Below are positions 35,866 through 44,400 of a DNA stretch of 60,447 nt, in pieces. Below the pieces are notes generated by a model that saw nothing but the letters and a program-made list of their open reading frames with translations, made no database searches and was not told the origin of the DNA. The position numbers and the translations under genes are program-made. This DNA comes from Candidatus Levybacteria bacterium GW2011_GWA1_37_16 (GTDB lineage Bacteria > Patescibacteriota > Microgenomatia > Levybacterales > UBA12049). The DNA lies in contig CALRGR010000005.1 in NCBI GenBank assembly GCA_943357985.1, forward strand, positions 1 to 60,447, read 5' to 3'. Position 1 is the stretch's first letter. Each line of letters begins with the position of its first letter.

Positions 35866-36084
35866 TTATGTTTGACTGGCTCCAATCTCCCTATCTAACC
35901 TTGCATTTTCAATCTCTGCAATTACAGGATCTAGTTTTGTTGAGATATCGTCATGGTATTTTTTAGCGTTTTCATCAATCTGGCTAAATCTTTTATCGAG
36001 TTTTTCTTCTAAATCTAATATAGCAATTGTAATAGCAACTTTAAGGTCGGTTTTTGTAATAGGTGACGGATTTGATTGTTTCAT
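35866..36084 (-). CDS. Small hypothetical coiled-coil protein
   Basis: 72-aa ORF with a heptad-like pattern (LDLEEKLDKRFSQIDENAKKYHDDISTKLDPVIAEIENARL). Confidence 0.4.
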   Translation of the reverse strand: MKQSNPSPITKTDLKVAITIAILDLEEKLDKRFSQIDENAKKYHDDISTKLDPVIAEIENARLDREIGASQT

Positions 36085-36169
36085 ATTCTAAGTATAGCAT
36101 TGCCAAAAAGAAACCTGTAAATAATACAAATTGTGTCAACCTTTCGGTTTCATTCAAGTTCACTCAGGA

Positions 36170-36787
36170 TTAGCGGGTTGCCGGGAGAGTTACAGAGGGA
36201 GTTATTGTGGTTTTAGTGCTTTGTAAGACGAAAAAGCCACTAATAAGGTTATTGTTTGATAGGTCTTCAATGGTTTTATTTGTTCCGCCCATTTTTGAGG
36301 CAATAGATATAACTGTCGCGTCAAAAAAGACAGACGGAGCAGGGCCTGTTAAAAGTGTGTCTGGTAAGTAAACTGTTATAACTACGGCATCTCTTTCATA
36401 AAGCAAGCTATAGGAAAATACGATATTACCCTTGTCATCTTTTTGCTCGATTGTCTGCTTTTTGTCTGTTAGGAAAATAAGAACAGTGTTAAGCGGTATT
36501 GTATCTTTACCCTTGTATGTTTTGCCCCAAACTTTAAGGTAATCAAGCATTTCTTTAAAGCCTTTTTCATTGGCAAGCGTAAGGCTGTAATCTGGTCTTT
36601 GGGTTGCAGCGACAATGGTGAGCTTTACATTTGGAGAAATAGAAATACTTGGTGTTTGACTAGTGCCGGGAATGTTTGGTTGCAAAGAAGGAAGTTTGGT
36701 AGGAAAGAATGAGTAGAAGGAAATTGCTAAAGTTATAGCAGCCAAGATTGAAAGAACTATTATGGGATGATTAGAAATTTTTTGCAC
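36170..36787 (-). CDS. N-terminally anchored extracytoplasmic hypothetical protein
   Basis: 205 aa with TM segment HPIIVLSILAAITLAISFYSFF. Confidence 0.55.
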   Translation of the reverse strand: MQKISNHPIIVLSILAAITLAISFYSFFPTKLPSLQPNIPGTSQTPSISISPNVKLTIVAATQRPDYSLTLANEKGFKEMLDYLKVWGKTYKGKDTIPLNTVLIFLTDKKQTIEQKDDKGNIVFSYSLLYERDAVVITVYLPDTLLTGPAPSVFFDATVISIASKMGGTNKTIEDLSNNNLISGFFVLQSTKTTITPSVTLPATR

Positions 36788-36819
36788 TAACTTATGTTAG
36801 GGGATGAGTTCTTGCTTTG

Positions 36820-37434
36820 TCAAATCCCAATGAGTTTTTCAGCAAAGCTGAGGAGGCTATAAATGAAGTTACCCAGAGAAAATCCCGCAAATGGGAAAAG
36901 AAGTAGGAAGAAGATTATAAGCATTCCAACACTCCCCAAAGATAAATAAGCATTTGCTTCTTTTTCCGGCAAGATTAAGGAAAACACTTTTGAACCGTCC
37001 AGAGGCGGAATCGGCATTAAATTAAAAATGGCAAGAAGAAGATTTATTCTTGCTGCTGCAAAAAGTATGTCGGATATGGCTGATGTGCCGGAAAAACGTA
37101 AAAGTACGCTTGCCAGAATTGCCAAAAGAACATTTGTCATTGGTCCGGCAAGTGCAACAAGAGCCATGTCCCTGCGTCCTTCGCGAAGGTTGAACGGATC
37201 TACAGGTACGGGTTTTGCCGCGCCAAAAATAACAGGGGAGCCGGAAATTATAAGAAGTAAGGGAAGCGCAATGCTCATTATGGGGTCAATGTGATTTCTG
37301 GGATTAAGAGTTAGTCTTCCCATAAGTCTTGCGGTCGGGTCACCAAGCCGTTCTGCAACATAACCGTGAGCAATTTCATGCAAAATTGCCGAGAAAATAA
37401 GAATTCCAAGAGTTATCAGTGCGCCGATTATCAT
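36820..37434 (-). CDS. Site-2 protease family (M50) intramembrane metalloprotease
   Basis: HEIAHG (HExxH) lies in a TM segment. NLMPIPPLDGSKV provides the LDG motif. Confidence 0.85.
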   Translation of the reverse strand: MIIGALITLGILIFSAILHEIAHGYVAERLGDPTARLMGRLTLNPRNHIDPIMSIALPLLLIISGSPVIFGAAKPVPVDPFNLREGRRDMALVALAGPMTNVLLAILASVLLRFSGTSAISDILFAAARINLLLAIFNLMPIPPLDGSKVFSLILPEKEANAYLSLGSVGMLIIFFLLLFPFAGFSLGNFIYSLLSFAEKLIGI

Positions 37435-37558
37435 ATATTTATAAAATCTTAATATCTAATTCAAAATTCAAAGGTCAAGATTGAGTTTACAATAAATTTC
37501 TTACTTTGACAATCAATTTTTCTCTCTTCTTTTGCATCGGCAAAAGAAGCAAAAGCTC

Positions 37559-37690
37559 GCAAGCAGGTGAAAGGTCGCTATATTTTCTCGTTCGCTGATC
37601 GGGTAATTTCACCCCTTCCTCAACAAGTTTGTGAGGAATTCCCCTGATAGCTCGCTCGAAAATACTTAACGCGCTGCTTTCAATGCTTGC
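37559..37690. repeat. ~132-bp imperfect palindrome (two ~60-bp inverted arms) in the spacer between the M50 protease gene and rpmB; preceded by a perfect 10-bp-stem hairpin at 37526-37549
   Basis: The left arm gcaagcaggtgaaaggtcgc.tatattttctcgttcgctgatcgggtaatttcacc aligns with the reverse complement of the right arm, gcaagcattgaaagcagcgcgttaagtattttcgagcgagctatcaggggaattcc. The upstream hairpin is CTTCTTTTGC atcg GCAAAAGAAG. Confidence 0.7.
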
Positions 37691-37761
37691 ATTTTAATGT
37701 ATGGCTTGAATTTTAACTTACCACTGGAAATATTGAGGGTTTTTTAGTATACTACACTCCT

Positions 37762-37989
37762 ATGGCAATGAAATGTGAGAACTGCGGAAAAGGCATTATG
37801 ATAGGTCATAATGTTTCACACGCAAAAAACAGAACAAGAAAAATTTTTAAACCAAACCTTCACAGTACCAAAACTTTGATAAATGGTGTTTCAAGGCGCA
37901 TAAAACTCTGCACAAAATGCTTAAGAACATATAAAAAGGGAGTAATTAAGGAAGCTGTCTCAGAAGTCCCACAGCAAGCCTCAGTTTAG
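37762..37989 (+). CDS. rpmB: 50S ribosomal protein L28
   Basis: MAMKCENCGKGIMIGHNVSHAKNRTRKIFKPNLH.... TATACT lies 8 nt before the ATG. Confidence 0.9.
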   Translation: MAMKCENCGKGIMIGHNVSHAKNRTRKIFKPNLHSTKTLINGVSRRIKLCTKCLRTYKKGVIKEAVSEVPQQASV

Positions 37990-37991
37990 CC

Positions 37992-38180
37992 ATGAATAAA
38001 GCAGAAAGAATAAGAAGAATGGCAGCAGCTGTGGGGATTGGGTTTGCTTCAGCTTTTGTTACAGACAGAGTAGTAAATAATCAGGTATCAATTCCAGTCC
38101 ATCTGGAAACTCCGGTTGCTACTCTGCCAGAAAAAACGGTTCTTATTTTTTCTTCGAGAGATAAAAGATTTAGTAGATAG
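37992..38180 (+). CDS. Small hypothetical membrane protein
   Basis: 62-aa ORF with hydrophobic AAAVGIGFASAFV, tightly following rpmB. Confidence 0.35.
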   Translation: MNKAERIRRMAAAVGIGFASAFVTDRVVNNQVSIPVHLETPVATLPEKTVLIFSSRDKRFSR

Positions 38181-38181
38181 G

Positions 38182-39048
38182 TTAATATAGGTTTAGTTTT
38201 TGTAGAATTTCTTTACCTTCAGGATAACCATTTAGGAAGTCTTTGTAGGACATTGGTTTGCCGCCCTCGACTTGAACTTTATTGTCCGGCAAAAGTTTTA
38301 TAATTTTATTGTTTAGGCTAGATTCTTCGCCTTTCTCAGAATTACAAACGAGCCAAACTCCGGGCCAAAGGGAGTAGGCGCGGATCATGTGATGCAATTG
38401 ATTATTGATTATTGATTGTTGATTGTTCAAGTCTATAAATCCTGAGTCGCGGGTTAAGGTTTTTGTGAAATTTGCTTTTGAATGGTCTTGTTCGGTTGGC
38501 TTTAATTCGCCACATAAATACATGGGAAGAGATTTAGCAAGCATTTGTGAGCCAATTTTGAATAGTCGTTCATAAAGAGTACTCGCCGTATCGTTTGGTA
38601 ATATTTCTACTTTCTCCTGAACTAGAATTGGTCCATGGTCTACTTCTTTGTCTAATTTTATAATTGTTACTCCTGTTTTTGTATCGCCGTTTAGAATAGC
38701 GGTTTGTCCCGGAGTTGGTCCGCGGTATTTTGGTAAAAGTGACGGATGAATATTTATAATGCCTTTTGGAAAAATATCTAAGACTTCTTGTGGAATTATT
38801 AGTCCAAAATTTGCAAGAACGCCCGCAGTAGCGGCAGTATTTTGTATTAAGTATTTTGTATTATGGTCAAATTTCGAAACAGATATGCATTTGATACCAT
38901 TCTTCTTACAAAATTTCGACACTGGCTCGATATCGTTTTTTTCGGTAGTTAATACTAAAACAAGTTCAAAATCAGATTTCAAAACTTCCAAAATCGGCAA
39001 AACATAATTTCCAGTTCCAAAAAAAACAATTCGTAATTCGTAATTCAT
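38182..39048 (-). CDS. fmt: Methionyl-tRNA formyltransferase
   Basis: IVFFGTGNY..., NIHPSLLPKYRGPTPGQTAILNGDTKTGVTIIKLDKEVDHGPIL. It contains the heptamer tract 38398-38425, which encodes NNQQSIINNQ. Confidence 0.9.
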   Translation of the reverse strand: MNYELRIVFFGTGNYVLPILEVLKSDFELVLVLTTEKNDIEPVSKFCKKNGIKCISVSKFDHNTKYLIQNTAATAGVLANFGLIIPQEVLDIFPKGIINIHPSLLPKYRGPTPGQTAILNGDTKTGVTIIKLDKEVDHGPILVQEKVEILPNDTASTLYERLFKIGSQMLAKSLPMYLCGELKPTEQDHSKANFTKTLTRDSGFIDLNNQQSIINNQLHHMIRAYSLWPGVWLVCNSEKGEESSLNNKIIKLLPDNKVQVEGGKPMSYKDFLNGYPEGKEILQKLNLY

Positions 39049-39059
39049 AAATCGTAATT

Positions 39060-39641
39060 CTATATCTTGAGTTCTTCGAAGACGTCTTCGCCGTCTTTGT
39101 CCTTTTCTGACTTATACAATGTTCCTTTTTGTTCCAAGACTCTTTTTGGGAAAAGAATTCCGTCTAAATGGTCAATCTCATGCTGAATAACTATTGCCAT
39201 AAATCCCTTAAAATTTCTGATATGAGTTTTCCCGTTTTCATCTAAGAAGCTTACTGTGATATTTTTATTTCTTATAACTTCACCCCAAATATTCGGTAAA
39301 GAAAGGCAGCCCTCAAGCATTTTCCCCTGACTCTTTTTTGGTTTCCTAGCTTCAATTTTTTTGGAGTTTGAGATATGCGGAATTTCCTTTTCCCCGGAAC
39401 TAGAAATAATCTTAGGGTTTAAAAAAACCTGAACTTCCGATTTGGTGGTGGGTTTTGCAATAAAAATTCTAACAGATTTTCCTATTTGTGGCGCAGCAAG
39501 TCCAACCCCAACAGGATCTTTTGCGAAAAGAATCGCCTCTTTCATTTGGGAAAGTAAATCTTTTACTCCGCCATCAACTTTTTCAACAGAGCTTGAAACT
39601 TCTGAAAGAACTGGATTGGGAGCCGTAACAATTTTTATCAT
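39060..39641 (-). CDS. def: Peptide deformylase
   Basis: GVGLAAPQIG, EGCLSLP and QHEIDHLDG. There is a ~20-aa basic insert before the EGCLS motif. Confidence 0.92.
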   Translation of the reverse strand: MIKIVTAPNPVLSEVSSSVEKVDGGVKDLLSQMKEAILFAKDPVGVGLAAPQIGKSVRIFIAKPTTKSEVQVFLNPKIISSSGEKEIPHISNSKKIEARKPKKSQGKMLEGCLSLPNIWGEVIRNKNITVSFLDENGKTHIRNFKGFMAIVIQHEIDHLDGILFPKRVLEQKGTLYKSEKDKDGEDVFEELKI

Positions 39642-39664
39642 CCGAGGCTATTATAGCAAAAACT

Positions 39665-40045
39665 CTAATTAGGCGCGTTTATTCCACTGAATGTAAAATA
39701 TCTTCTGCCTGATTTTCCTAATCTTACGGATATTTCTCCAGAAGATATTCCGGGATTGATAATTTGTCTTGTTGCTGTGTTTGATATTCCAAGAATCTTG
39801 GCAATAGACGCAGCAGTTAGACTATCTGGTTTATCTTTGATATGTTCTATTGCTATTTTATATTTTTCTACGGGTGTAGATTGTTTATGTGGAGATGTAT
39901 TTGTGTACGCATTCAATAGATCTGCATATATATCATGTCCTGAGTGGGAATAAGTTGCTATCTCGTTTATTTCCTCAACAGCAGATGAATCATCTGCCCA
40001 TGCTAGTAACGGCATAATTACTTGTTTGGGAAATTTTTCCCTCAC
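39665..40045 (-). CDS. Hypothetical protein with C-terminal HTH/winged-helix-like segment
   Basis: SLTAASIAKILGISNTATRQIINPG. Confidence 0.4.
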   Translation of the reverse strand: MREKFPKQVIMPLLAWADDSSAVEEINEIATYSHSGHDIYADLLNAYTNTSPHKQSTPVEKYKIAIEHIKDKPDSLTAASIAKILGISNTATRQIINPGISSGEISVRLGKSGRRYFTFSGINAPN

Positions 40046-40379
40046 TATCTTTTTATTACTCCAATACTCACTTTAAGTCAACCCTTTTTAGAAAAATTTT
40101 CTAATGAAGTCAAATTTGGAGTTAATGTCTTAGTTTGCGTGGGCGAGGTTGTAGTGTTGGGAGAGTGTCTTTAATTTGTCTTAATATTGAATTTGTGTCG
40201 ACTGGTGTTCCTTCGGGAAGAAGAGTAGTATTCATATTCGGTAATCTAGCTGTGTTAGGGAGGCGGTTGATTCCATGTCTCTTCTCTTTATCTCCCATAA
40301 CTTTAATACTAATAAATTCTAATTTCCTTGTCAAGAAAAGTTATTGACGATTCTTATTTTATGATGTAATATCCCTATT

Positions 40380-40733
40380 ATGGTAGGTCCAGAGTCCAGG
40401 GGACAAGTTACAATTCAGCATGAGCTTGCAAGAAATGAACTTCCTCTTGTTCAAATAGCTGCTCAGGGCTTAGGGGAAGCAGGATTAGGTGATTTTTCCT
40501 ATGCAGTTGTTGAAGACAATGGTGGACCAAGCGTAACTGTAAATTACTCTGGACAAAAAGACCGCAGTCTTGTTTGGAGGGTTATTGCTGGAAGGAAGTT
40601 AGATAATCCAGAAGAATTACCTGTTATTCAAGAGGATATAGCAAGAAGAATAGAAATAGAGGTTGAGTTAAGGGAAAAGTTCTCTAAATTTGCACGACCT
40701 TCCGGAAGTTCTATAAGGCACCCCAGATTTTGA
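40380..40733 (+). CDS. Hypothetical protein
   Basis: 117-aa ORF with no recognisable motif. Its 3' end overlaps the 3' end of the convergent 40711-43086 gene. Confidence 0.35.
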   Translation: MVGPESRGQVTIQHELARNELPLVQIAAQGLGEAGLGDFSYAVVEDNGGPSVTVNYSGQKDRSLVWRVIAGRKLDNPEELPVIQEDIARRIEIEVELREKFSKFARPSGSSIRHPRF

Positions 40734-43086
40734 GGGCGGCTTTGGCTTGGTCGTCATTTGGGTCAATTTTCTCAAGGATATATTTTATTTGCTTGATTGC
40801 TTTTTGTTCTAAAGCTTCATCAATTACTTTTCCTGTTTTATCTACTGCTTGCTGATGATAAAAAAGTGCCAATCCAAAATGTGCGTCTCCATAAGCTGGT
40901 CTAAGTTTTACCGTGTTTTCAAGTGTTTTAACCGCTGCGCTAAAGTCTCCGCTTTGTCCTTGTAAAATTCCAAGGTTGTAAGAAATTGTTGCGTCAGTTG
41001 GCGCAAGTGTTTGGGCTTTTTTAATTGCCTCAAGCGTAAAGGGAAGATATTTGGGGTAAACTTGAGAAAGTGTGTAAAAAAGCCTTACTCTACTTTTCCA
41101 GAAAGTAACATTGTTTGGGTGTTCTGTTGTAACTTTATCACTTGTTTGAATTGCGCTTTGAAGAAGTGCTGTAATAATCGGCTCGTCCTTGGCAGCTTCC
41201 GAAGCTTGCTTAATTTGATTAGCGCTAATAATAGATGCTGCCAGCACCCCATTGTTTATGGAGAACTCATCAAGAAAGACCGGCTCATCTTTTCTCTGTG
41301 TAATTGCACTAGTAAGATATGTATATGCAGGTTCGAATTGTTGAGCGCGGTCTAAATTATACCCCATATAATATGCCTTGTCGGCATTCCAATATTTAAA
41401 AAGTTGTAATAGAAGATAGAGAGCCAGAACTACCAAAGCTATAATTATTGCTTTTTGCGCTAGGGTTTTCTGTGCGCCCATCTTATTTGTTTGTGGAAAT
41501 GCTAATACTTTTTCATTGTCAATTAAATCTAGAGTTAGAAGCGCAAACGCTGGGATAAGGAAAAAGTAAATATTAATAACAACAACGGAGAATCCAACGA
41601 CGTTTGTAACAAGAATACTTACATATCCTGCAAGAAGAGCAAGGGTAAGCCATTGACCATTGACCATTGACAATTGACCATTTTTGAGTAAAGCTCGGAA
41701 GGAAATATAGAGAAAATAGAAAATCATCCCTATGTAAGACAAAAATCCAAAAAGGCCGGTGGTTGCTAGGAAATTAAGATATTCATTGTGGGCTTTGTTA
41801 TATAGGAAATTCCATTCGGACGTAAGGTTATGTTCCTGTGGGCGGTATTGGTAGTAAGAGTATGCAAAAGTTTCAACTCCGGATCCAAAAATTGGATTAT
41901 GTTTCCATATTTGAAAAACACCTTTCCATACGACCAAACGGATATCCCAAGAACTTGTTATATTTAGCTCAAGTGCTGGAATTGCGGCAGGAGTACTAGT
42001 TTTAGTAGCAGTCTGTTTGGATATCTTTGAAGAAATCCCCGGATATGTAATAGCGTTTAATTTATCAAATGGGAAACCGACAAAAAATACAGTTAAGAGG
42101 AAAATGAAAAGGGAAGCAAGCAAAAGTTTGTTGGTCTTTTTTTCTATAATCTCGGAGAAGACATTCTTGTTTATAATTTTAATACTTGTTGGGAATGGAA
42201 TTCTGAGAAACGGGTGGCGATAGTAGATGCTGACCCATTTAATTGAGGCTGCTTCTCTTATTTTATATATTGGTGTAAGCATAATTAAAAATGCTGCAAT
42301 AAAACCTAAGAATCCTGACTGAGATTTTGTGTAAAGAAGATCCAAGAAAAAGAGAGTAGCAAGTAGCAAGTAGCAAGTAGCAAGTATAAATTCCTTTTGC
42401 AATACATAATACTTAATACTTGATACATTATACTTTCCTCGTAAGTTCGCAAGCTTTGAAAAATAGGAAATAGAAAAGCTTAAAGAAATCGGCAGTAATA
42501 TTGCAAGAAATGCGGCCAGCCAATTGGGTTGTCCAAGGGTTGAAAAAATTCTAAGTTTTGGTTGAAAATCTACTGTCCAGCATGAAACATCAAAAGTTCC
42601 CCGGAAAAGTAGGCAAGTTGGGTCGTATCCAAAATGGGACGGAAGTCCCCAAAGTGCAACAATTGCGCCGGACAAAAGACCTAAGACAAGAAGTTTTTTT
42701 ACCATCTTTAAAGTTAAAAGATTTGAAGCAAATGCGTAGTAAAGAAGAATGTAGGAAATAATTGATAGTAGGCCGCCGTTAAATCTTGAATAATATCCCC
42801 ACAAAGAAGTGTGAGGGTCAAGCGAAATTATAGTTGAGATAATTTGGGAGGCAAGAAAAAGCGCAATTGGAATATCCAGCGGAGTTCTTTGAATAAAAAA
42901 TCTTTTCTGCGCAACCATTTTTACAGCCCAAGAAGCTGTAATTATTATTGTTAGGGCAAAAGTGGCCCACATTTTATTAAATTCAAAAAGCTCGCTTGTA
43001 TTATTAGCAAATAGAAGCGGAACAAGAAGGAAGAGGAGGTAAAAAGAGTATTTAATAAAGCTATCTGCCCATTTAATTACTTTCAT
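40711..43086 (-). CDS. Polytopic O-antigen-ligase-like (Wzy_C) membrane protein with C-terminal TPR repeats
   Basis: 791 aa with more than 10 TM segments. Contains AHNEYLNFLATTGLFGFLSY (O-antigen ligase signature region). The C-terminal TPR-like repeats include AISYNLGILQGQSGDFSAAVKTLENTVKLRPAYGDAHFGLALFY. Confidence 0.75.
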   Translation of the reverse strand: MKVIKWADSFIKYSFYLLFLLVPLLFANNTSELFEFNKMWATFALTIIITASWAVKMVAQKRFFIQRTPLDIPIALFLASQIISTIISLDPHTSLWGYYSRFNGGLLSIISYILLYYAFASNLLTLKMVKKLLVLGLLSGAIVALWGLPSHFGYDPTCLLFRGTFDVSCWTVDFQPKLRIFSTLGQPNWLAAFLAILLPISLSFSISYFSKLANLRGKYNVSSIKYYVLQKEFILATCYLLLATLFFLDLLYTKSQSGFLGFIAAFLIMLTPIYKIREAASIKWVSIYYRHPFLRIPFPTSIKIINKNVFSEIIEKKTNKLLLASLFIFLLTVFFVGFPFDKLNAITYPGISSKISKQTATKTSTPAAIPALELNITSSWDIRLVVWKGVFQIWKHNPIFGSGVETFAYSYYQYRPQEHNLTSEWNFLYNKAHNEYLNFLATTGLFGFLSYIGMIFYFLYISFRALLKNGQLSMVNGQWLTLALLAGYVSILVTNVVGFSVVVINIYFFLIPAFALLTLDLIDNEKVLAFPQTNKMGAQKTLAQKAIIIALVVLALYLLLQLFKYWNADKAYYMGYNLDRAQQFEPAYTYLTSAITQRKDEPVFLDEFSINNGVLAASIISANQIKQASEAAKDEPIITALLQSAIQTSDKVTTEHPNNVTFWKSRVRLFYTLSQVYPKYLPFTLEAIKKAQTLAPTDATISYNLGILQGQSGDFSAAVKTLENTVKLRPAYGDAHFGLALFYHQQAVDKTGKVIDEALEQKAIKQIKYILEKIDPNDDQAKAALKIWGAL
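42356..42383. repeat. Perfect heptanucleotide repeat GTAGCAA x4 inside CDS 40711-43086 (a second tract, CCATTGA x3 plus 2 degenerate, lies at 41650-41684)
   Basis: Read directly. Confidence 0.95.
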
Positions 43087-43172
43087 GACAATTTTCCTAT
43101 CGTAGCATATTGGAAAATCCTCATCAAGGTGTTAAACTAGCTACTAGCCACTAGTTACTAGTTGCTATCTTT

Positions 43173-44354
43173 ATGTTTGATAAATTCTTTAGTATGTTTT
43201 CGTACGATATTGGCATTGACTTGGGTACTTCAAACACGCTCGTTTATGTTAGAGGAAAAGGAATTGTAATACGGGAGCCGTCCGTTGTTGCAATGCATAA
43301 AAAAACTAAAAAAATTGTGGCAATTGGAACAGAGGCAAAAAAAATGGTGGGAAAAACTCCTGCAACAATTATTACGATAAGACCACTAAGAGGTGGAGTA
43401 ATTTCTGATTTTGATGCAACAACAGCCATGATTGCTCATTATATTCAGGCAGTTCATGAAGTCTCAAATGTAATTCCGGTGCGTTTTGCAAAGCCTAAAG
43501 TTGTTGTAGGAATTCCATCATCTGTTACAGAAGTTGAAAGACGAGCGGTTTGGGAGTCAGCACTCAATTCGGGAGCGCGTGCCGCTTATTTAATTGAAGA
43601 ACCAATGGCGGCAGCAATTGGAGAAGGAGTTTCTGTATTTGCTCCAACTGGCGTTATGATTGTGGATATTGGCGGTGGGACTACGGAAATTGCAATTATT
43701 TCTTTGGGCGGAATTGTAATAAGTAAAAGTCTTAAGGTTGCCGGAGATGACATGGATGCTGCAATTGTTCACTACATAAGACTACGTCATGGGCTTTTAA
43801 TTGGGGAAAGAACTGCAGAAGATTTAAAGATTACAATTGGCAGTGCATATGAAAGTAAGTCAAAAACCAAAAGTTCCTCCTTCGCTAAAGCTTCGAAGGA
43901 CGAGCAAAAGTTAAAAGTTTCGGAAATTCTGGACGAAAAAGTTTTAGAAGAGGACGGGTTTGTTACTATTGAAGACCTGCCTGCCGGCAGGCAGGATAAG
44001 ATGGCGGTTGTTCGCGGTCGTGATATAGAAACGGGACTTCCAAAAAGTTTAAGAGTAACGGAGATTGAAATAAGAGAGGCATTGTCTCCTGTATTGTCGC
44101 AAATTATTCAGGGAATTGTGGAAGTTTTGGAAGAAGCGCCACCGGAACTTACATCTGATATTTTGGAGCACGGAATTTTACTAACAGGTGGTGGTTCAAT
44201 GTTGCCGGGATTTAATCATTTAATAGTTGATAGAACAAAAATCCCAGTCATAAAATCTGAGGATCCTCTAACTTCCGTTGCGCGTGGAACAGGAAAAGTT
44301 TTGGAAGACGATGCGCTGCTCCAAAGAGTCAAAGTCATCGGCGGCCTCAGGTAA
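43173..44354 (+). CDS. mreB: MreB paralogue heading the mreBCD-mrdA operon, with a ~50-aa insertion
   Basis: IGIDLGTSNTLVY, EEPMAAAIGEG, IVDIGGGTTE and GILLTGGGSMLPGF. It is 393 aa against 338 aa for the other copy. The extra segment is ESKSKTKSSSFAKASKDEQKLKVSEILDEKVLEEDGFVTIEDLPAGRQDKMAV. Confidence 0.9.
   Translation: MFDKFFSMFSYDIGIDLGTSNTLVYVRGKGIVIREPSVVAMHKKTKKIVAIGTEAKKMVGKTPATIITIRPLRGGVISDFDATTAMIAHYIQAVHEVSNVIPVRFAKPKVVVGIPSSVTEVERRAVWESALNSGARAAYLIEEPMAAAIGEGVSVFAPTGVMIVDIGGGTTEIAIISLGGIVISKSLKVAGDDMDAAIVHYIRLRHGLLIGERTAEDLKITIGSAYESKSKTKSSSFAKASKDEQKLKVSEILDEKVLEEDGFVTIEDLPAGRQDKMAVVRGRDIETGLPKSLRVTEIEIREALSPVLSQIIQGIVEVLEEAPPELTSDILEHGILLTGGGSMLPGFNHLIVDRTKIPVIKSEDPLTSVARGTGKVLEDDALLQRVKVIGGLR
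43976..43995. repeat. Perfect 20-bp palindrome CCTGCCTGCCGGCAGGCAGG inside the mreB insertion
   Basis: The sequence is its own reverse complement. A second hairpin, TCCTTCG ctaaagctt CGAAGGA, lies at 43878-43900. Confidence 0.95.
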
Positions 44355-44400
44355 ATCCTCGGAGCTTGCCAAAGGAAACTTAGAAGTCTAAAATGGCTGT

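Noticed and set aside
39300-39400. Basic ~20-aa insertion in peptide deformylase, considered as another mobile-element insert.
   Set aside because: The DNA is AT-rich with no palindrome or similarity to the GC-rich element family. It is probably an ordinary lineage-specific loop.
40122-40347. Two mutually antisense 70-aa ORFs (40122-40334 minus, 40135-40347 plus).
   Set aside because: At most one can be real, and neither has motifs or a convincing start context. The minus-strand one is co-oriented with the downstream HTH gene, but I cannot support a call.
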